This document shows, one piece after another, positions 30,412 to 40,058 of a stretch of 64,000 nucleotides of DNA. The first letter of the stretch is position 1, and every line of letters begins with the position of its first letter. Source of the stretch: an uncultured Micrococcales bacterium (GTDB lineage Bacteria; Actinomycetota; Actinomycetes; Actinomycetales; Microbacteriaceae); NCBI GenBank assembly GCA_903834635.1, contig CAILJO010000082.1, forward strand, positions 8,593-72,592. Direction: 5' to 3'. The notes under the pieces are model-generated. The model searched no databases. It was given only the letters and a program-made list of their open reading frames with translations, and was not told the origin of the DNA. The position numbers and the translations under genes were made by a program.

Positions 30412-31416
30412 ATGACCAAGCCAACACTCAAGCAATATGAACTCAATAAGTTCTCTCGCATCTATTCGCTTGGTGCGGCTCGCGGCGAACTCATTGTCAC
30501 CAACGATGACGTTGCCGGTCCGATCGACTCGAGCGACGAGTGGATTCGCCAGCGCACCGGAATCATCACGCGTCGTCGTGCCGGCAAAGACACCAGCATG
30601 ATGGACCTAGCCGTTGCCGCCGCAAACGAGGCTATATCCAACGCAAAGATTGACCCTAAAGAAATCGGCGCCGTAGTTTTTAGCACTATCACTCACCCAT
30701 ACCTGACTCCATCGGCTGCTACATTGCTGGCCGAAAAGGTTGGCGCAAACCCGGCCGCAGCCTATGACGTTTCGGCGGCTTGCGCCGGATACTGCTACGG
30801 CATTGCCCAGGCCGACGCGCTTGTGCGTTCTGGAGTAGCGAAGTTTGTGTTGGTCGTCGCCGCTGAAAAGCTGAGCGACATCATCGACCCAACCGACCGC
30901 AGCATCTCGTTTTTGCTTGGCGACGGTGCAGGCGCAGCCATCGTAGGCCCCTCAGACGAACCTGGCATCAGCCCGACCGTTTGGGGTTCGGATGGCTCAC
31001 ACTGGGATGCCGTCAGCATGACTGGAAGCCTGCTGGAATTCAGAGATGGCACAACCGATTGGCCAACCCTTCGCCAGGAAGGCCAGACCGTTTTTCGTTG
31101 GGCAGTTTGGGAAATGGCGAAAGTTGCCAAGAAGGCGCTAGAGGTAGCGGGAATCGAAGCGAAAGATTTGTCAGCGCTGGTAACCCACCAGGCCAACATT
31201 CGCATCATCGACGAAATGGTGAAGCAACTCGAGCTGCCCGAAACGGTAGCCGTGGCTAGAGACATTATCAACACAGGCAACACCAGTGCAGCCAGTGTTC
31301 CGCTTGCAATGCACGAACTTCTTCGCACGGGCGAGGTGAAATCGGGTGGGTACGCACTTGAAATTGGTTTCGGCGCAGGTCTTGCCTTCGCCGCTCAAGT
31401 GGTCGTTCTGCCCTAA
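30412..31416 (+). CDS. fabH: 3-oxoacyl-ACP synthase III
   Basis: 334 aa. Cys-His-Asn triad contexts SAACAGY, HQANIRI and GNTSAAS. Confidence 0.9.
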   Translation: MTKPTLKQYELNKFSRIYSLGAARGELIVTNDDVAGPIDSSDEWIRQRTGIITRRRAGKDTSMMDLAVAAANEAISNAKIDPKEIGAVVFSTITHPYLTPSAATLLAEKVGANPAAAYDVSAACAGYCYGIAQADALVRSGVAKFVLVVAAEKLSDIIDPTDRSISFLLGDGAGAAIVGPSDEPGISPTVWGSDGSHWDAVSMTGSLLEFRDGTTDWPTLRQEGQTVFRWAVWEMAKVAKKALEVAGIEAKDLSALVTHQANIRIIDEMVKQLELPETVAVARDIINTGNTSAASVPLAMHELLRTGEVKSGGYALEIGFGAGLAFAAQVVVLP

Positions 31417-31452
31417 AATCAATACTGGTAATTCAACAAAAGGAGAAACCCC

Positions 31453-31698
31453 ATGGCACTATCGCAGGCAGACGTTCTTGCAGGTCTTGCAGAGATCGTC
31501 AACGAAGAGACCGGCATCGCCGCTTCAGACGTTCAGCTGGACAAGCACTTCACCAACGACCTAGACATCGACTCGATTTCGATGATGACCATCGTTGTGA
31601 ACTGCGAAGACAAGTTTGGCGTGAAGATTCCTGACGAAGAGGTAAAGAACCTCGAGACTGTTGGCGACGCCGTCAACTTCATCGTTAGCGCTTCCTAG
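31453..31698 (+). CDS. acpP: Acyl carrier protein
   Basis: 81 aa. Phosphopantetheine site LDIDSISMM. SD AAAGGAGA. Confidence 0.9.
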   Translation: MALSQADVLAGLAEIVNEETGIAASDVQLDKHFTNDLDIDSISMMTIVVNCEDKFGVKIPDEEVKNLETVGDAVNFIVSAS

Positions 31699-31716
31699 TC
31701 GAAAACCAGTCTCTAG

Positions 31717-32958
31717 ATGACTAAGAAACTCGTTGTCACCGGAGTGGGCGCTACTACGCCCCTCGGTGGTGACGTTGCCAGCACCTGGAAAGCTTTGCTC
31801 GAAGGCAAGTCTGGTATTTCTACTCTCGATAAAGACTGGATCGAGAAATACGAAGTACCGGTCACATTTGCGGGTCAAGCCGCCGTGCCGGCATCGGAGG
31901 TACTAACACTTCAAGAGACCAAGCGTCTCGACCCTTCAAGCCAGTTTGCTTTGATTGCAGCGCGCGAAGCGTGGGCAGATGCGGGTAGCCCCGAAGTTTC
32001 ACCAGAAAGGCTCTCAGTCGAGTTCTCAACCGGAATCGGCGGAGTTTGGACGCTGCTAGATGCTTTTGACACTCTCAAAGAGCGTGGCCCTCGTCGAGTG
32101 TTGCCAATGACGGTACCAATGCTTATGCCTAACGGACCTGCAGCGGCCGTAGGTATGGAGTTCGCGGCAAGAGGCGGAGTTAGAACCTCTGTTTCGGCAT
32201 GTGCGTCGTCAACCGAAGCCATTGCAAACGCGATTACTCGTCTTCAAAGTGGCGAAATCGATGTAGTCATTGCAGGTGGATGTGAAGCCGCAATCCACCC
32301 ACTGCCGGTCTCTGCATTTGCGGCGATGCACGCGCTATCGAAGCGAAATGATGAGCCAGAGAAGGCATCGCGCCCCTATGACGTCAACCGTGACGGTTTC
32401 GTAATGGGCGAAGGCGGTGCAGCTTTGATCATTGAAACCGAAGAGCACGCCAAGGCTCGCGGGGCAAGAATTTATGCAGAACTTGCTGGTGGAGCAGTAA
32501 CATCAGACGCTTATCACATCACCGCTCCAGACCCGGCGGGGTCGGGTGCCGCTAGAGCGATGCTCTCAACGCTCGAGCAAGCGGGAGCAACAATCGCAGA
32601 CGTTGTCCACATTAACGCGCACGCAACCTCAACCCCGGTCGGTGACATCGCAGAGTACAACGCACTTAGGCGAGTATTTGGCGATCACCTAGACAACATT
32701 GCCGTTACGGCGACAAAGTCTTCGACCGGTCATCTTCTGGGTGGAGCCGGCGCTGTAGAGGCGATATTTACTGTTTTGGCGATTCACGAGCGTGTTGTTC
32801 CGCCGACCATCAACCTCGACAACCCAGATCCTGAAATCAAACTAGATGTAGTCACGACACCACGAAAGCTTGCAGAAGGCCCGATACTGGCAATCAGCAA
32901 CTCTTTTGGTTTCGGCGGGCACAATGCCGTTGTGGCTTTCCGCAGCTACGAGGGCTAA
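31717..32958 (+). CDS. fabF: 3-oxoacyl-ACP synthase II
   Basis: 413 aa. SACASST active Cys, NAHATSTPVGD, GHLLGGAG. Confidence 0.9.
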   Translation: MTKKLVVTGVGATTPLGGDVASTWKALLEGKSGISTLDKDWIEKYEVPVTFAGQAAVPASEVLTLQETKRLDPSSQFALIAAREAWADAGSPEVSPERLSVEFSTGIGGVWTLLDAFDTLKERGPRRVLPMTVPMLMPNGPAAAVGMEFAARGGVRTSVSACASSTEAIANAITRLQSGEIDVVIAGGCEAAIHPLPVSAFAAMHALSKRNDEPEKASRPYDVNRDGFVMGEGGAALIIETEEHAKARGARIYAELAGGAVTSDAYHITAPDPAGSGAARAMLSTLEQAGATIADVVHINAHATSTPVGDIAEYNALRRVFGDHLDNIAVTATKSSTGHLLGGAGAVEAIFTVLAIHERVVPPTINLDNPDPEIKLDVVTTPRKLAEGPILAISNSFGFGGHNAVVAFRSYEG

Positions 32959-33437
32959 CCCACTCGAGGCAGCCGCATTCTTTGCGACATCTTTTGCTCT
33001 CTCAGTTCTTCGAATTCATCATCCCAATCGGACAGCATTAACTTTCTAAGCCTTCGCTCTAATTTCAGAACATTGTCTGAACAGTCTCGAACAAGTGCCG
33101 TCAGCTGGGACTCACCAATTAGATGATTGCCTGAAGCATCGATTTGCACACTCCCCAAACCCAGAACGGGCGACCACACCCATCTCTCACCGGTGAAATC
33201 TCGGTTTGGCAACAAGGTCATTTCGAACCTGAGCTGTGAGACTTTGGCCAACGAATCTAATAGTGCCATTGCTTTGCTGTACTCGATGGATAGTTCGACG
33301 GTTGCGGTGCTAACTTGCCCAACCTCTTGCCAGAACGGCGGTGTTAGACCGAATTCGGCTAGTCGATCGTCAACTTCTGCCCTAGATAGCGTGAAACAGG
33401 CGTGCACAACGAGCACACCATCTAAGTGTTGAGTCAA
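32955..33437 (-). CDS. DUF3145-like protein conserved downstream of the fab operon
   Basis: The ORF is open to 33500. GGAGG at 33450..33446 followed 8 nt later by TTG at 33437 gives MTQHLDGVLVVHAC..., and LRFEMT...GERWVWSPVLGLGSVQIDASGN resembles DUF3145. The family name is from memory. Confidence 0.6.
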   Translation of the reverse strand: MTQHLDGVLVVHACFTLSRAEVDDRLAEFGLTPPFWQEVGQVSTATVELSIEYSKAMALLDSLAKVSQLRFEMTLLPNRDFTGERWVWSPVLGLGSVQIDASGNHLIGESQLTALVRDCSDNVLKLERRLRKLMLSDWDDEFEELREQKMSQRMRLPRVG

Positions 33438-33563
33438 CGCACACACCTCCTTCGATCCGGTACGTCTTCCCCTACGACCAAATCCACGATGTGTGAGCAT
33501 TTAGATTACGCCCGTGCAGAAACTCTGTCAAAGCCTTGTATCTTGGTTTACGAAGGAGTTTCT

Positions 33564-34178
33564 GTGGCAAAACTATATTTCCGACATGGCGCAATGAACT
33601 CGGGCAAGAGCACTGCACTATTGCAGGTAGCTCACAACTACGAAGAACGTGGTCAGTCTGTCATCCTTGCAAAACCAAACACCGACAGCAAAGGCGAGGA
33701 TGCTGTTGTCTCGAGGCTAGGAGTTGAGAGACCAGTGGACCTCTTGGTGGCTCCAGAGGACAACCTGCGTGCAGTTTTCACTCGCCTCGTGTCAGAACGT
33801 TCCGAGCGCACGAGTTCAAGAATCGCCTGTCTGCTAATCGATGAGGCTCAGTTTCTGACACGCGAACAGGTCAACCAAGCCTTCGAAATTGCCGTGCTCG
33901 ATGACGTTCCAGTTCTTGGTTATGGAATACGCACAGATTTTCAAACTCGGGGCTTTCCTGGTTCCATTCGCCTGCTTGAGATTGCGCACAGCTTGGAAGA
34001 GTTGAAAACAATTTGTCGTTGCGGCAAAAAAGCCATGTTTAATGCTCGCAAAGCCGGCGGACGGTTCATTTTCAAGGGCGACCAAGTAGCGATCGACGGC
34101 GATGCAGTGACTTATGAATCACTTTGCCCAAGCTGCTATTTCAAGGAATGTGAAAAGGTTGGCGCGGACCCGCTATAA
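33564..34178 (+). CDS. tdk: Thymidine kinase
   Basis: GTG at 33564 after SD GAAGGAG gives MAKLYFRHGAMNSGKST (P-loop). C-terminal zinc ligands CRCGKKA...CPSCY. The upstream part of the ORF (33426..) is judged non-coding. Confidence 0.9.
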   Translation: MAKLYFRHGAMNSGKSTALLQVAHNYEERGQSVILAKPNTDSKGEDAVVSRLGVERPVDLLVAPEDNLRAVFTRLVSERSERTSSRIACLLIDEAQFLTREQVNQAFEIAVLDDVPVLGYGIRTDFQTRGFPGSIRLLEIAHSLEELKTICRCGKKAMFNARKAGGRFIFKGDQVAIDGDAVTYESLCPSCYFKECEKVGADPL

Positions 34179-35646
34179 AAACGCAGTCGTGTGGACTGGG
34201 TTCGGCAATCCCTTGGCCGATGTGCTGACAATTGGCGACGACCGAATCATCTCAAACGATTCCGAAGTTGATTTTGAAATTGATTGCGGTGGCAGGGCAA
34301 TATTGCCGGCATTTATCGACGGGCACAGCCATCCGAGCATTGTCGCAAAATCATCTCTGGGGCCAGACGTAACCCACTGTAAGTCGATTGGCGAAGTGGT
34401 CGAATGCGTCTCGAATTGGATTGCCGCCAACCCGAGTGCAAAATGGGCCGTCGGAGGCTCCTACGACCGTTCTATGGCACCTGGCGGGTTGTTTCGAGCC
34501 AAGTGGCTTGACGATGCATCCTTGACCGTACCCATCGTTTTGCATGCAAGCGATCAACACACGATTTGGGTAAACACCGCTGCTCTAACCAAGGTTGAGC
34601 TTCCAGATAGCCTGCCGCCAGGCGTTGAGATAGGCGAAGATGGGCGTCCAACTGGAATGTTCTTCGAATCCGAGGCCAAAAATCTGATCCTTGATGCTGT
34701 GCCTGCTCAACAAGAGGCTGAACTTGTGGCATCGGTCGAAAGACAACTGGAGCATTTGCTCAGCTTGGGCGTAATAGCAACACTTGACGCATGGGGCGAT
34801 GACTCGAGTGAGAGTATTTTTGATCAAGTCCGCTCCCCCGTGCGCATGGAACGCGCAATCGCCATCCATCCAGGCAAGTGGCGAAGTCTAAGTTCGGTTC
34901 GTACCGCAAAGTTTTTTGTTGATGGCGTTCTAGGCGCTAAAACTGCACTGGTGACCGAGCCATACGTCACCGATCATTCTCACGGAAATTCATTCTGGGA
35001 TATGTCAGAACTGCTTGAGGCGCTAACTCATTTCAATGAGCTCGGATGCCGATTGCACTTGCATGCCATTGGCGACGGCGGAGTTCAGATTGTTATCGAC
35101 GAACTAAGGACCTTGGGCTCGACAAAATATCCCGCAACAATAGCCCATGCCGAACTCTTGCTAGATGACCAGATCACCGCCTTGTCTGAGCTATCGGTAT
35201 TTGTCTGTGCCCAACCACTCTGGGCTAGAGTCGACTCGCTTTCGGTGGGGGCCTTAGAAAACCTCGGAACATTGCGATCATCCAAGCTTTACCGTCACAA
35301 AGACCTTCTTAACGCAAATGGTTTGCTCAGCTTCGGAAGCGACTGGCCGGTTTCAAGCCCGAACCCACTGCTTGGTTTATTCACGGCCATTTATCGATGC
35401 GAGCCCGGGTCAGAGGCAACATTAAACATCGATCAGTCGATATCTATTCACGAAGCCATTCGGGCTTACACCGAAACCCCCGCAAGGCAACTTGGGTTTG
35501 AACGAGTTGGAAGGCTAGAAATTGGCTACAGTGCCGATTTTGTCATGCTCAGCGGAAATCCATTCATCGATAACGGCAAGTCGCTACCTAGCCTTTTTGT
35601 CGATCAAACGATAAGCGGCGGGCAAACACTGTTCACCCGCCGCTAA
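34114..35646 (+). CDS. Amidohydrolase family protein (YtcJ/amidohydrolase_3-like)
   Basis: About 500 aa. Metal motif FIDGHSHP and a later HAIGD. The start is uncertain (ATG 34114 overlaps tdk; GTG 34150 and TTG 34159 are alternatives). Confidence 0.75.
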   Translation: MNHFAQAAISRNVKRLARTRYKNAVVWTGFGNPLADVLTIGDDRIISNDSEVDFEIDCGGRAILPAFIDGHSHPSIVAKSSLGPDVTHCKSIGEVVECVSNWIAANPSAKWAVGGSYDRSMAPGGLFRAKWLDDASLTVPIVLHASDQHTIWVNTAALTKVELPDSLPPGVEIGEDGRPTGMFFESEAKNLILDAVPAQQEAELVASVERQLEHLLSLGVIATLDAWGDDSSESIFDQVRSPVRMERAIAIHPGKWRSLSSVRTAKFFVDGVLGAKTALVTEPYVTDHSHGNSFWDMSELLEALTHFNELGCRLHLHAIGDGGVQIVIDELRTLGSTKYPATIAHAELLLDDQITALSELSVFVCAQPLWARVDSLSVGALENLGTLRSSKLYRHKDLLNANGLLSFGSDWPVSSPNPLLGLFTAIYRCEPGSEATLNIDQSISIHEAIRAYTETPARQLGFERVGRLEIGYSADFVMLSGNPFIDNGKSLPSLFVDQTISGGQTLFTRR

Positions 35647-35657
35647 ATCTCGCTTTT

Positions 35658-38357
35658 TTACTTGTGCAGAACCAAGGTTGATCGGGCAGGCACTGAAACA
35701 CTCTTGCCTTTGAACTTGGTTAGCGTCGTGACGCCAGCCTTGTCGTCCTTGACCACGACGTACCAAGTTGTGCTAACTGGCAGTGTGATCGTTTTTGCAA
35801 CGGTGGCTGGGTTGTGTGACACCACGATCGTTGACCAAGAGTCGCCAACTGCAGCACCGTTTAGTGAGTAGGTGATTACTCCTGTTGCGTTCTCGGCCGA
35901 GATCTTTAGATCAGCTCGAACATCGGCCGTAGTGGCCATACGGAAGGCGGGGTGCGCCTTTCGGAGTGCCAGCAGACCCGTGTAGTACTTCAGAGTCGTC
36001 GAGTACGTGTCGAGCTGCTTGTAACGCAACATGTTCACGAGGTCACCTGAAGAGTATGAGTTGTCATCACCGTTCTTGGTGCGCTCCCACTCCTGGCCAG
36101 CCTGCATAAATGGCATACCCTGAGCCAACAGGTCGATAGACCCAGCGAATCGCTGAAGTCGCGAACGAACGGTTTGGCTTCCGCCGACAGACGCCGAAAT
36201 CTTGTCTGCCAGAGTGAGATTGTCGTGAGCTTCGATGTAGTTGACCGACTGGCCTGGATCGTTTGTTGTCCAGTTAGGGCTCACCAATGCGCTGTAGGCA
36301 ACATTTCCGGTGATGCCAGCAAGAACATCGTTGCGACGACCTGAGTTGCCGGTCGCCCAACCCTTCTCAGAGGCACTAAAGACCGAACCCTTGATTCCAT
36401 CGCGGATTTGGTCATTGAACGCAGCGATTCCATCGAGGTTGCCAATGTTCACCTGCGAGGCGCGCTGTGCCTCAGGAAGTCCGCCCATGTTCCAGCCTTC
36501 GCCAAGAACGATGATGGTTGGATCAACCGTGTCTAGTGCGTCGCGAACCTGCTGCATGGTAGTCACATCGAGGATGCCCATTAGGTCGAAACGGAAGCCA
36601 TCGAGGTGGTACTGGCTGGCCCAGTATTTAACGGAATCAACAATAAACTTGCGCACCATCGGGCGTTCAGATGCTGTTTCGTTTCCACATCCGGTTCCAT
36701 TTAGCAAGGTTCCAGTGTCGTCACGACGGAAGAAATAACCTGGAGTGATCTGCTCCATCGAGAAACTGCTTGCGTTTGCAACGTGGTTATAAACAACGTC
36801 CATGATTACTCGAAGACCTTGGTCGTGCAGGTTTTGAACTGCTGCCTTCAGGTCAGTGATGCGAGAAGTTGGGTTGGCTGGGTCAGAGGCATAAGCGCCT
36901 TCTGGCACGTTGTAGTTTTGCGGGTCATAACCCCAGTTGAAGGTCGGCGCAGCTTCGTCACCACCAGACGCGTAGTCATAAATCGGCAACAACTGAACAT
37001 GGGTAACACCCAGAGCCTTGATCGCCGCAACACCGGTCTTGACGGTGTGATTGGTTATAACTTTCTTCTTGGTCTTCGGATTAGTTGAAGTCGTTGACCA
37101 CGTGTAACTGGTGTTGTTGTCAGTAAAGGCCTTGAACTTGCCTCGGTCTGCAGCTGGAATGCCGCTTGAAACATCCTTGGAGAAGTCGCGGACGTGCACC
37201 TCGTAGATTGATGCATCGACATTGCGTCCACTGAAAGTCGGTTTGTCGGTGGTCCAACGTGATGGGTCGGTGCCAGGAAGGTCAACTACTACGCCACGCC
37301 CACCGTTGATTACAACTGCGTGAGCGTAAGGGTCAGTTGCGATAACAGTTTCACCGTTTCTGGTTACTTGGTAGTTGTAGATCAGGCCCTTCTGATCTCC
37401 GCTAACCGAAAGCGTCCAGGTGCCGTTCTCGGCGCGAGTCATCGGAGTGATTGTTGCCTGAGCGGCTGGCTGCGTGGCCGAGCTGTAACTGACTAGGTTT
37501 ACGGCTGAGGCAATTGGCGCCCAAACACGGAAGTCGGTCTGCCCAGCACTGTACGTAGCACCTAGGTCGTTGCCGGTATAGGTGTATAAGGAGTTGAAAC
37601 CTGAACTGTTCATGACATTTCCGACAGAAACAGGGAACGAACCAAATGTGTGGTCAGCATCGGCACCAGTTTGCGTGAGCGTGTAACTAGTTCCGAATGG
37701 AATATCCGCTGTGGTTGTGATGGTGACCGATGAAGCTGAAGATTGGGTTCCGATAATCGGTGTAACGCTCGCTATTTCTAGGCCACCGTCAAGGCTGAAT
37801 CCGCCGTTGGGTCTCGCTGTTAGGTCGAGGTTTTGGTTCAAATAGACAGTTATTTTGTTTAGATCGTCGATGGCAGCAAAAGTTATCTTCGGGGTTGGCG
37901 CGGCAACATTTTGTTCAGTCGTATAAATGGTGCAATCGCCTTGGATGATCCAAATTTCAGCGTTTCCAGCATTATCTGGTGAAAGAAATCTGTCACCGTT
38001 GCTGGTTGGACCACAGGTGGTTCCTTCTTTCGAAACCCAGGCACCCTTGCGGATAATCCAACCTAGGTCTTTGAAACCGGTCATACCAGTGATATCCGCC
38101 GTAGAAATGGCACCAAACGAGTCGTTGCCCGAGAAGGCAAACCCGGCTGCGGCAACTTCTTTGTCGCCAGCGCCATCCATGTTTTTCCAGTAGTAGACAT
38201 TCCACGTTGCGTAGTCGGCGTTGGTGCGGTTGTAGTGAACAATAACGTGCACAGAATCAGGAAATGCGAGAGCCGGCGATTGCCCGCCCGTAATTCCTGC
38301 TACGAGGATGCCGACTGAAAGCAATCCACCGAAAATTTTGCGAAGCAACTTGGTCAT
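35658..38357 (-). CDS. pulA: Secreted type I pullulanase (GH13) with N-terminal carbohydrate-binding modules
   Basis: 899 aa. Sec signal MTKLLRKIFGGLLSVGILVAGITGGQSPALA. YNWGYDPQNYNVPEG, DVVYNHV, GFRFDLMG, GEGW and YIEAHDN are the GH13 regions I-IV. SD AGGGAG. Confidence 0.9.
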   Translation of the reverse strand: MTKLLRKIFGGLLSVGILVAGITGGQSPALAFPDSVHVIVHYNRTNADYATWNVYYWKNMDGAGDKEVAAAGFAFSGNDSFGAISTADITGMTGFKDLGWIIRKGAWVSKEGTTCGPTSNGDRFLSPDNAGNAEIWIIQGDCTIYTTEQNVAAPTPKITFAAIDDLNKITVYLNQNLDLTARPNGGFSLDGGLEIASVTPIIGTQSSASSVTITTTADIPFGTSYTLTQTGADADHTFGSFPVSVGNVMNSSGFNSLYTYTGNDLGATYSAGQTDFRVWAPIASAVNLVSYSSATQPAAQATITPMTRAENGTWTLSVSGDQKGLIYNYQVTRNGETVIATDPYAHAVVINGGRGVVVDLPGTDPSRWTTDKPTFSGRNVDASIYEVHVRDFSKDVSSGIPAADRGKFKAFTDNNTSYTWSTTSTNPKTKKKVITNHTVKTGVAAIKALGVTHVQLLPIYDYASGGDEAAPTFNWGYDPQNYNVPEGAYASDPANPTSRITDLKAAVQNLHDQGLRVIMDVVYNHVANASSFSMEQITPGYFFRRDDTGTLLNGTGCGNETASERPMVRKFIVDSVKYWASQYHLDGFRFDLMGILDVTTMQQVRDALDTVDPTIIVLGEGWNMGGLPEAQRASQVNIGNLDGIAAFNDQIRDGIKGSVFSASEKGWATGNSGRRNDVLAGITGNVAYSALVSPNWTTNDPGQSVNYIEAHDNLTLADKISASVGGSQTVRSRLQRFAGSIDLLAQGMPFMQAGQEWERTKNGDDNSYSSGDLVNMLRYKQLDTYSTTLKYYTGLLALRKAHPAFRMATTADVRADLKISAENATGVITYSLNGAAVGDSWSTIVVSHNPATVAKTITLPVSTTWYVVVKDDKAGVTTLTKFKGKSVSVPARSTLVLHK

Positions 38358-38510
38358 GAAATGAAACTCCCTGATGATTTAGTTACTTTAAACCTAGGCG
38401 TCGGCTCTTGATTCAGCCTCCGTCTTGGCGTTGTCAGGGGCTTGATGTTACTCAAATGTGATAAACCTTGCCTGCGAAATACAGGCGGCTGGCTTCAATA
38501 AATCGGGAAA

Positions 38511-38587
38511 TGGTAGGGAGTACGGGACTTGAACCCGTGACCGACGGATTATGAGTCCGCTGCTCTAACCGGCTGAGCTAACTCCCC
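38511..38587 (-). tRNA. tRNA-Met (anticodon CAT; elongator-like, but lysidine-modified Ile2 cannot be excluded)
   Basis: GGGGAGTTAGCTCAGCCGGTTAGAGCAGCGGACTCATAATCCGTCGGTCACGGGTTCAAGTCCCGTACTCCCTACCA. Cloverleaf with anticodon loop CTCATAA. CCA is encoded. Confidence 0.9.
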
Positions 38588-38600
38588 CAGTTCTAATAGC

Positions 38601-40058
38601 CTATCGGTCGTGGCGCCTGAACCGTTCCAGCGCCTTGGCGAAGGTCTTTTCAACGTTTTTTCTGGCCTTGGCACTGCGAGTTGCAACTTCAAAACCGATT
38701 TCTTCGAACCGCTCCACAACCTCACCCCTAGCATCGGAAAGGCGCTCTAAAACGCCATCTCGCAGCCCCTGTGCAGCCTCACGGAAGTTCTTGGCTGCAG
38801 CCCGCAGAGATTCGACCTGCACCTGATTCTCGCCGATAGGCGAGGTGTAGTCCGCAAGATTGTCATCGGTCGAAGGCAAACCAGTAGTCTCACCGCGATA
38901 GACCTGTTCAAAGATGTCTAGCGTGCGATCGATGTCGTGGCTCTTAATGAGGTGCAAAGAATTATTTGCCCATCGATCCAACTGAGTTTGTGTCGCCTCG
39001 AAAACCTGGGTCAATCTGGCTGTCAAGGTCTTGACATCTTCTGGCTCGAAAAGAAATCCATTTTCGCCATCGTGAACCAAATGCGGAAGCGCTGCTGCAT
39101 TTGCACCAATAACCGGCCTGCCACTCGCCATTGCCTCCATGGTGGCAATTGACTGAAGCTCAGCGATTGACGGCATGACGAAAACTGTCGCACGCTCATA
39201 GGCCTCGCGAAGTTCTTGCTCGGTAACGTGACCCTTAAAGATGACTCGGTCTCTAATCTTCAACTCGTCGGCCCAGCGTTCCAGATTCTCCCGCTCGCCG
39301 CCATCGCCTACCAATTCGAGGACCGCATCGAGCTGCTTAGGCAAAGCAGCGAATGCTTCAATGAGAACGTGGATGTGTTTCTCATAGTCGAGACGACCCA
39401 CAAAAAGGGCCCTTGGGGAGGCATTTGAAACTCTAGAAGCATGAGCAAACTGTTTGGCGTCAATACCGCAAGAGATTGCAATGACGCCGGTGATGTCCGT
39501 GTGAGCCTCAAGAATCTCGGCGGCTTTGCGAGTTGGAGTAGTGATGATCGAGGCTCGCTTGAGAATCTTCGCTGCATCTGCCCAGGCCCACTTCATGGCT
39601 AGCTTTTCGGCAAACTTTGGAATGAGTACCGAGTAACGAATCAAATTCTCAGGCATGGTGTGATTCGTTGCAATCAATCTGATGCCCTGCTTTAAAGCGC
39701 TCTTAGAAAGGTACCTTCCGACCACGACGTGAGACTGAATGTGGACCACATCGGGCTTGATTACTTCCAAGAGATGATCTGCTCGGCTTTGCAACGTGAA
39801 AGGCCAAACAAACCGAAGAGTTTTATGCTGAGGAAGGCGATAGGACTTGAGCCGGTGAACAACGATAGGAACACCATTGTGAACTTCGCGATATGTTCCG
39901 TACCCTTTGTTGACCGACGGTGCAATGATGTGCAGTTCGTGCCCGCGTGCGGCTAATCCGGATGCGAGCCTTTCGGCAAATCTCGCAGCACCGTTGATGT
40001 CCGGTGGAAAAGTATCGCAGCCCAGAACGACCACCAGTGGTTTGGTTGCCTTAGCCAT
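38601..40058 (-). CDS. GT4-family glycosyltransferase with a roughly 95-aa charged C-terminal extension
   Basis: 485 aa. N-terminal CDTFPPDINGAARFAERLA and the GT-B E-x7-E region PSIAELQSIATMEAMASGRPVIG. The start overlaps the stop of the upstream membrane gene by 8 nt. Confidence 0.8.
   Translation of the reverse strand: MAKATKPLVVVLGCDTFPPDINGAARFAERLASGLAARGHELHIIAPSVNKGYGTYREVHNGVPIVVHRLKSYRLPQHKTLRFVWPFTLQSRADHLLEVIKPDVVHIQSHVVVGRYLSKSALKQGIRLIATNHTMPENLIRYSVLIPKFAEKLAMKWAWADAAKILKRASIITTPTRKAAEILEAHTDITGVIAISCGIDAKQFAHASRVSNASPRALFVGRLDYEKHIHVLIEAFAALPKQLDAVLELVGDGGERENLERWADELKIRDRVIFKGHVTEQELREAYERATVFVMPSIAELQSIATMEAMASGRPVIGANAAALPHLVHDGENGFLFEPEDVKTLTARLTQVFEATQTQLDRWANNSLHLIKSHDIDRTLDIFEQVYRGETTGLPSTDDNLADYTSPIGENQVQVESLRAAAKNFREAAQGLRDGVLERLSDARGEVVERFEEIGFEVATRSAKARKNVEKTFAKALERFRRHDR

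Noticed and set aside
30795-31328. A 177-aa antisense ORF inside fabH. Similar antisense ORFs lie in azlC (41815..42342) and dnaJ (59332..59814).
   Set aside because: All of them are opposite strongly supported genes, have low-complexity or Ser/Ala-rich translations, and lack a start context.
33426-33563. An upstream ATG extension of the thymidine kinase ORF that overlaps the DUF3145 gene start
   Set aside because: The canonical Tdk N-terminus (AKLYFRHGAMNSGKST) begins at the GTG at 33564, directly after a GAAGGAG Shine-Dalgarno.
38358-38510. A possible operator or sRNA in the 153-nt region between tRNA-Met and the pullulanase start
   Set aside because: It contains only a weak 5-bp hairpin (GCCTG...CAGGC), most simply read as the tRNA 3' terminator. 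I found no convincing palindrome or conserved motif.
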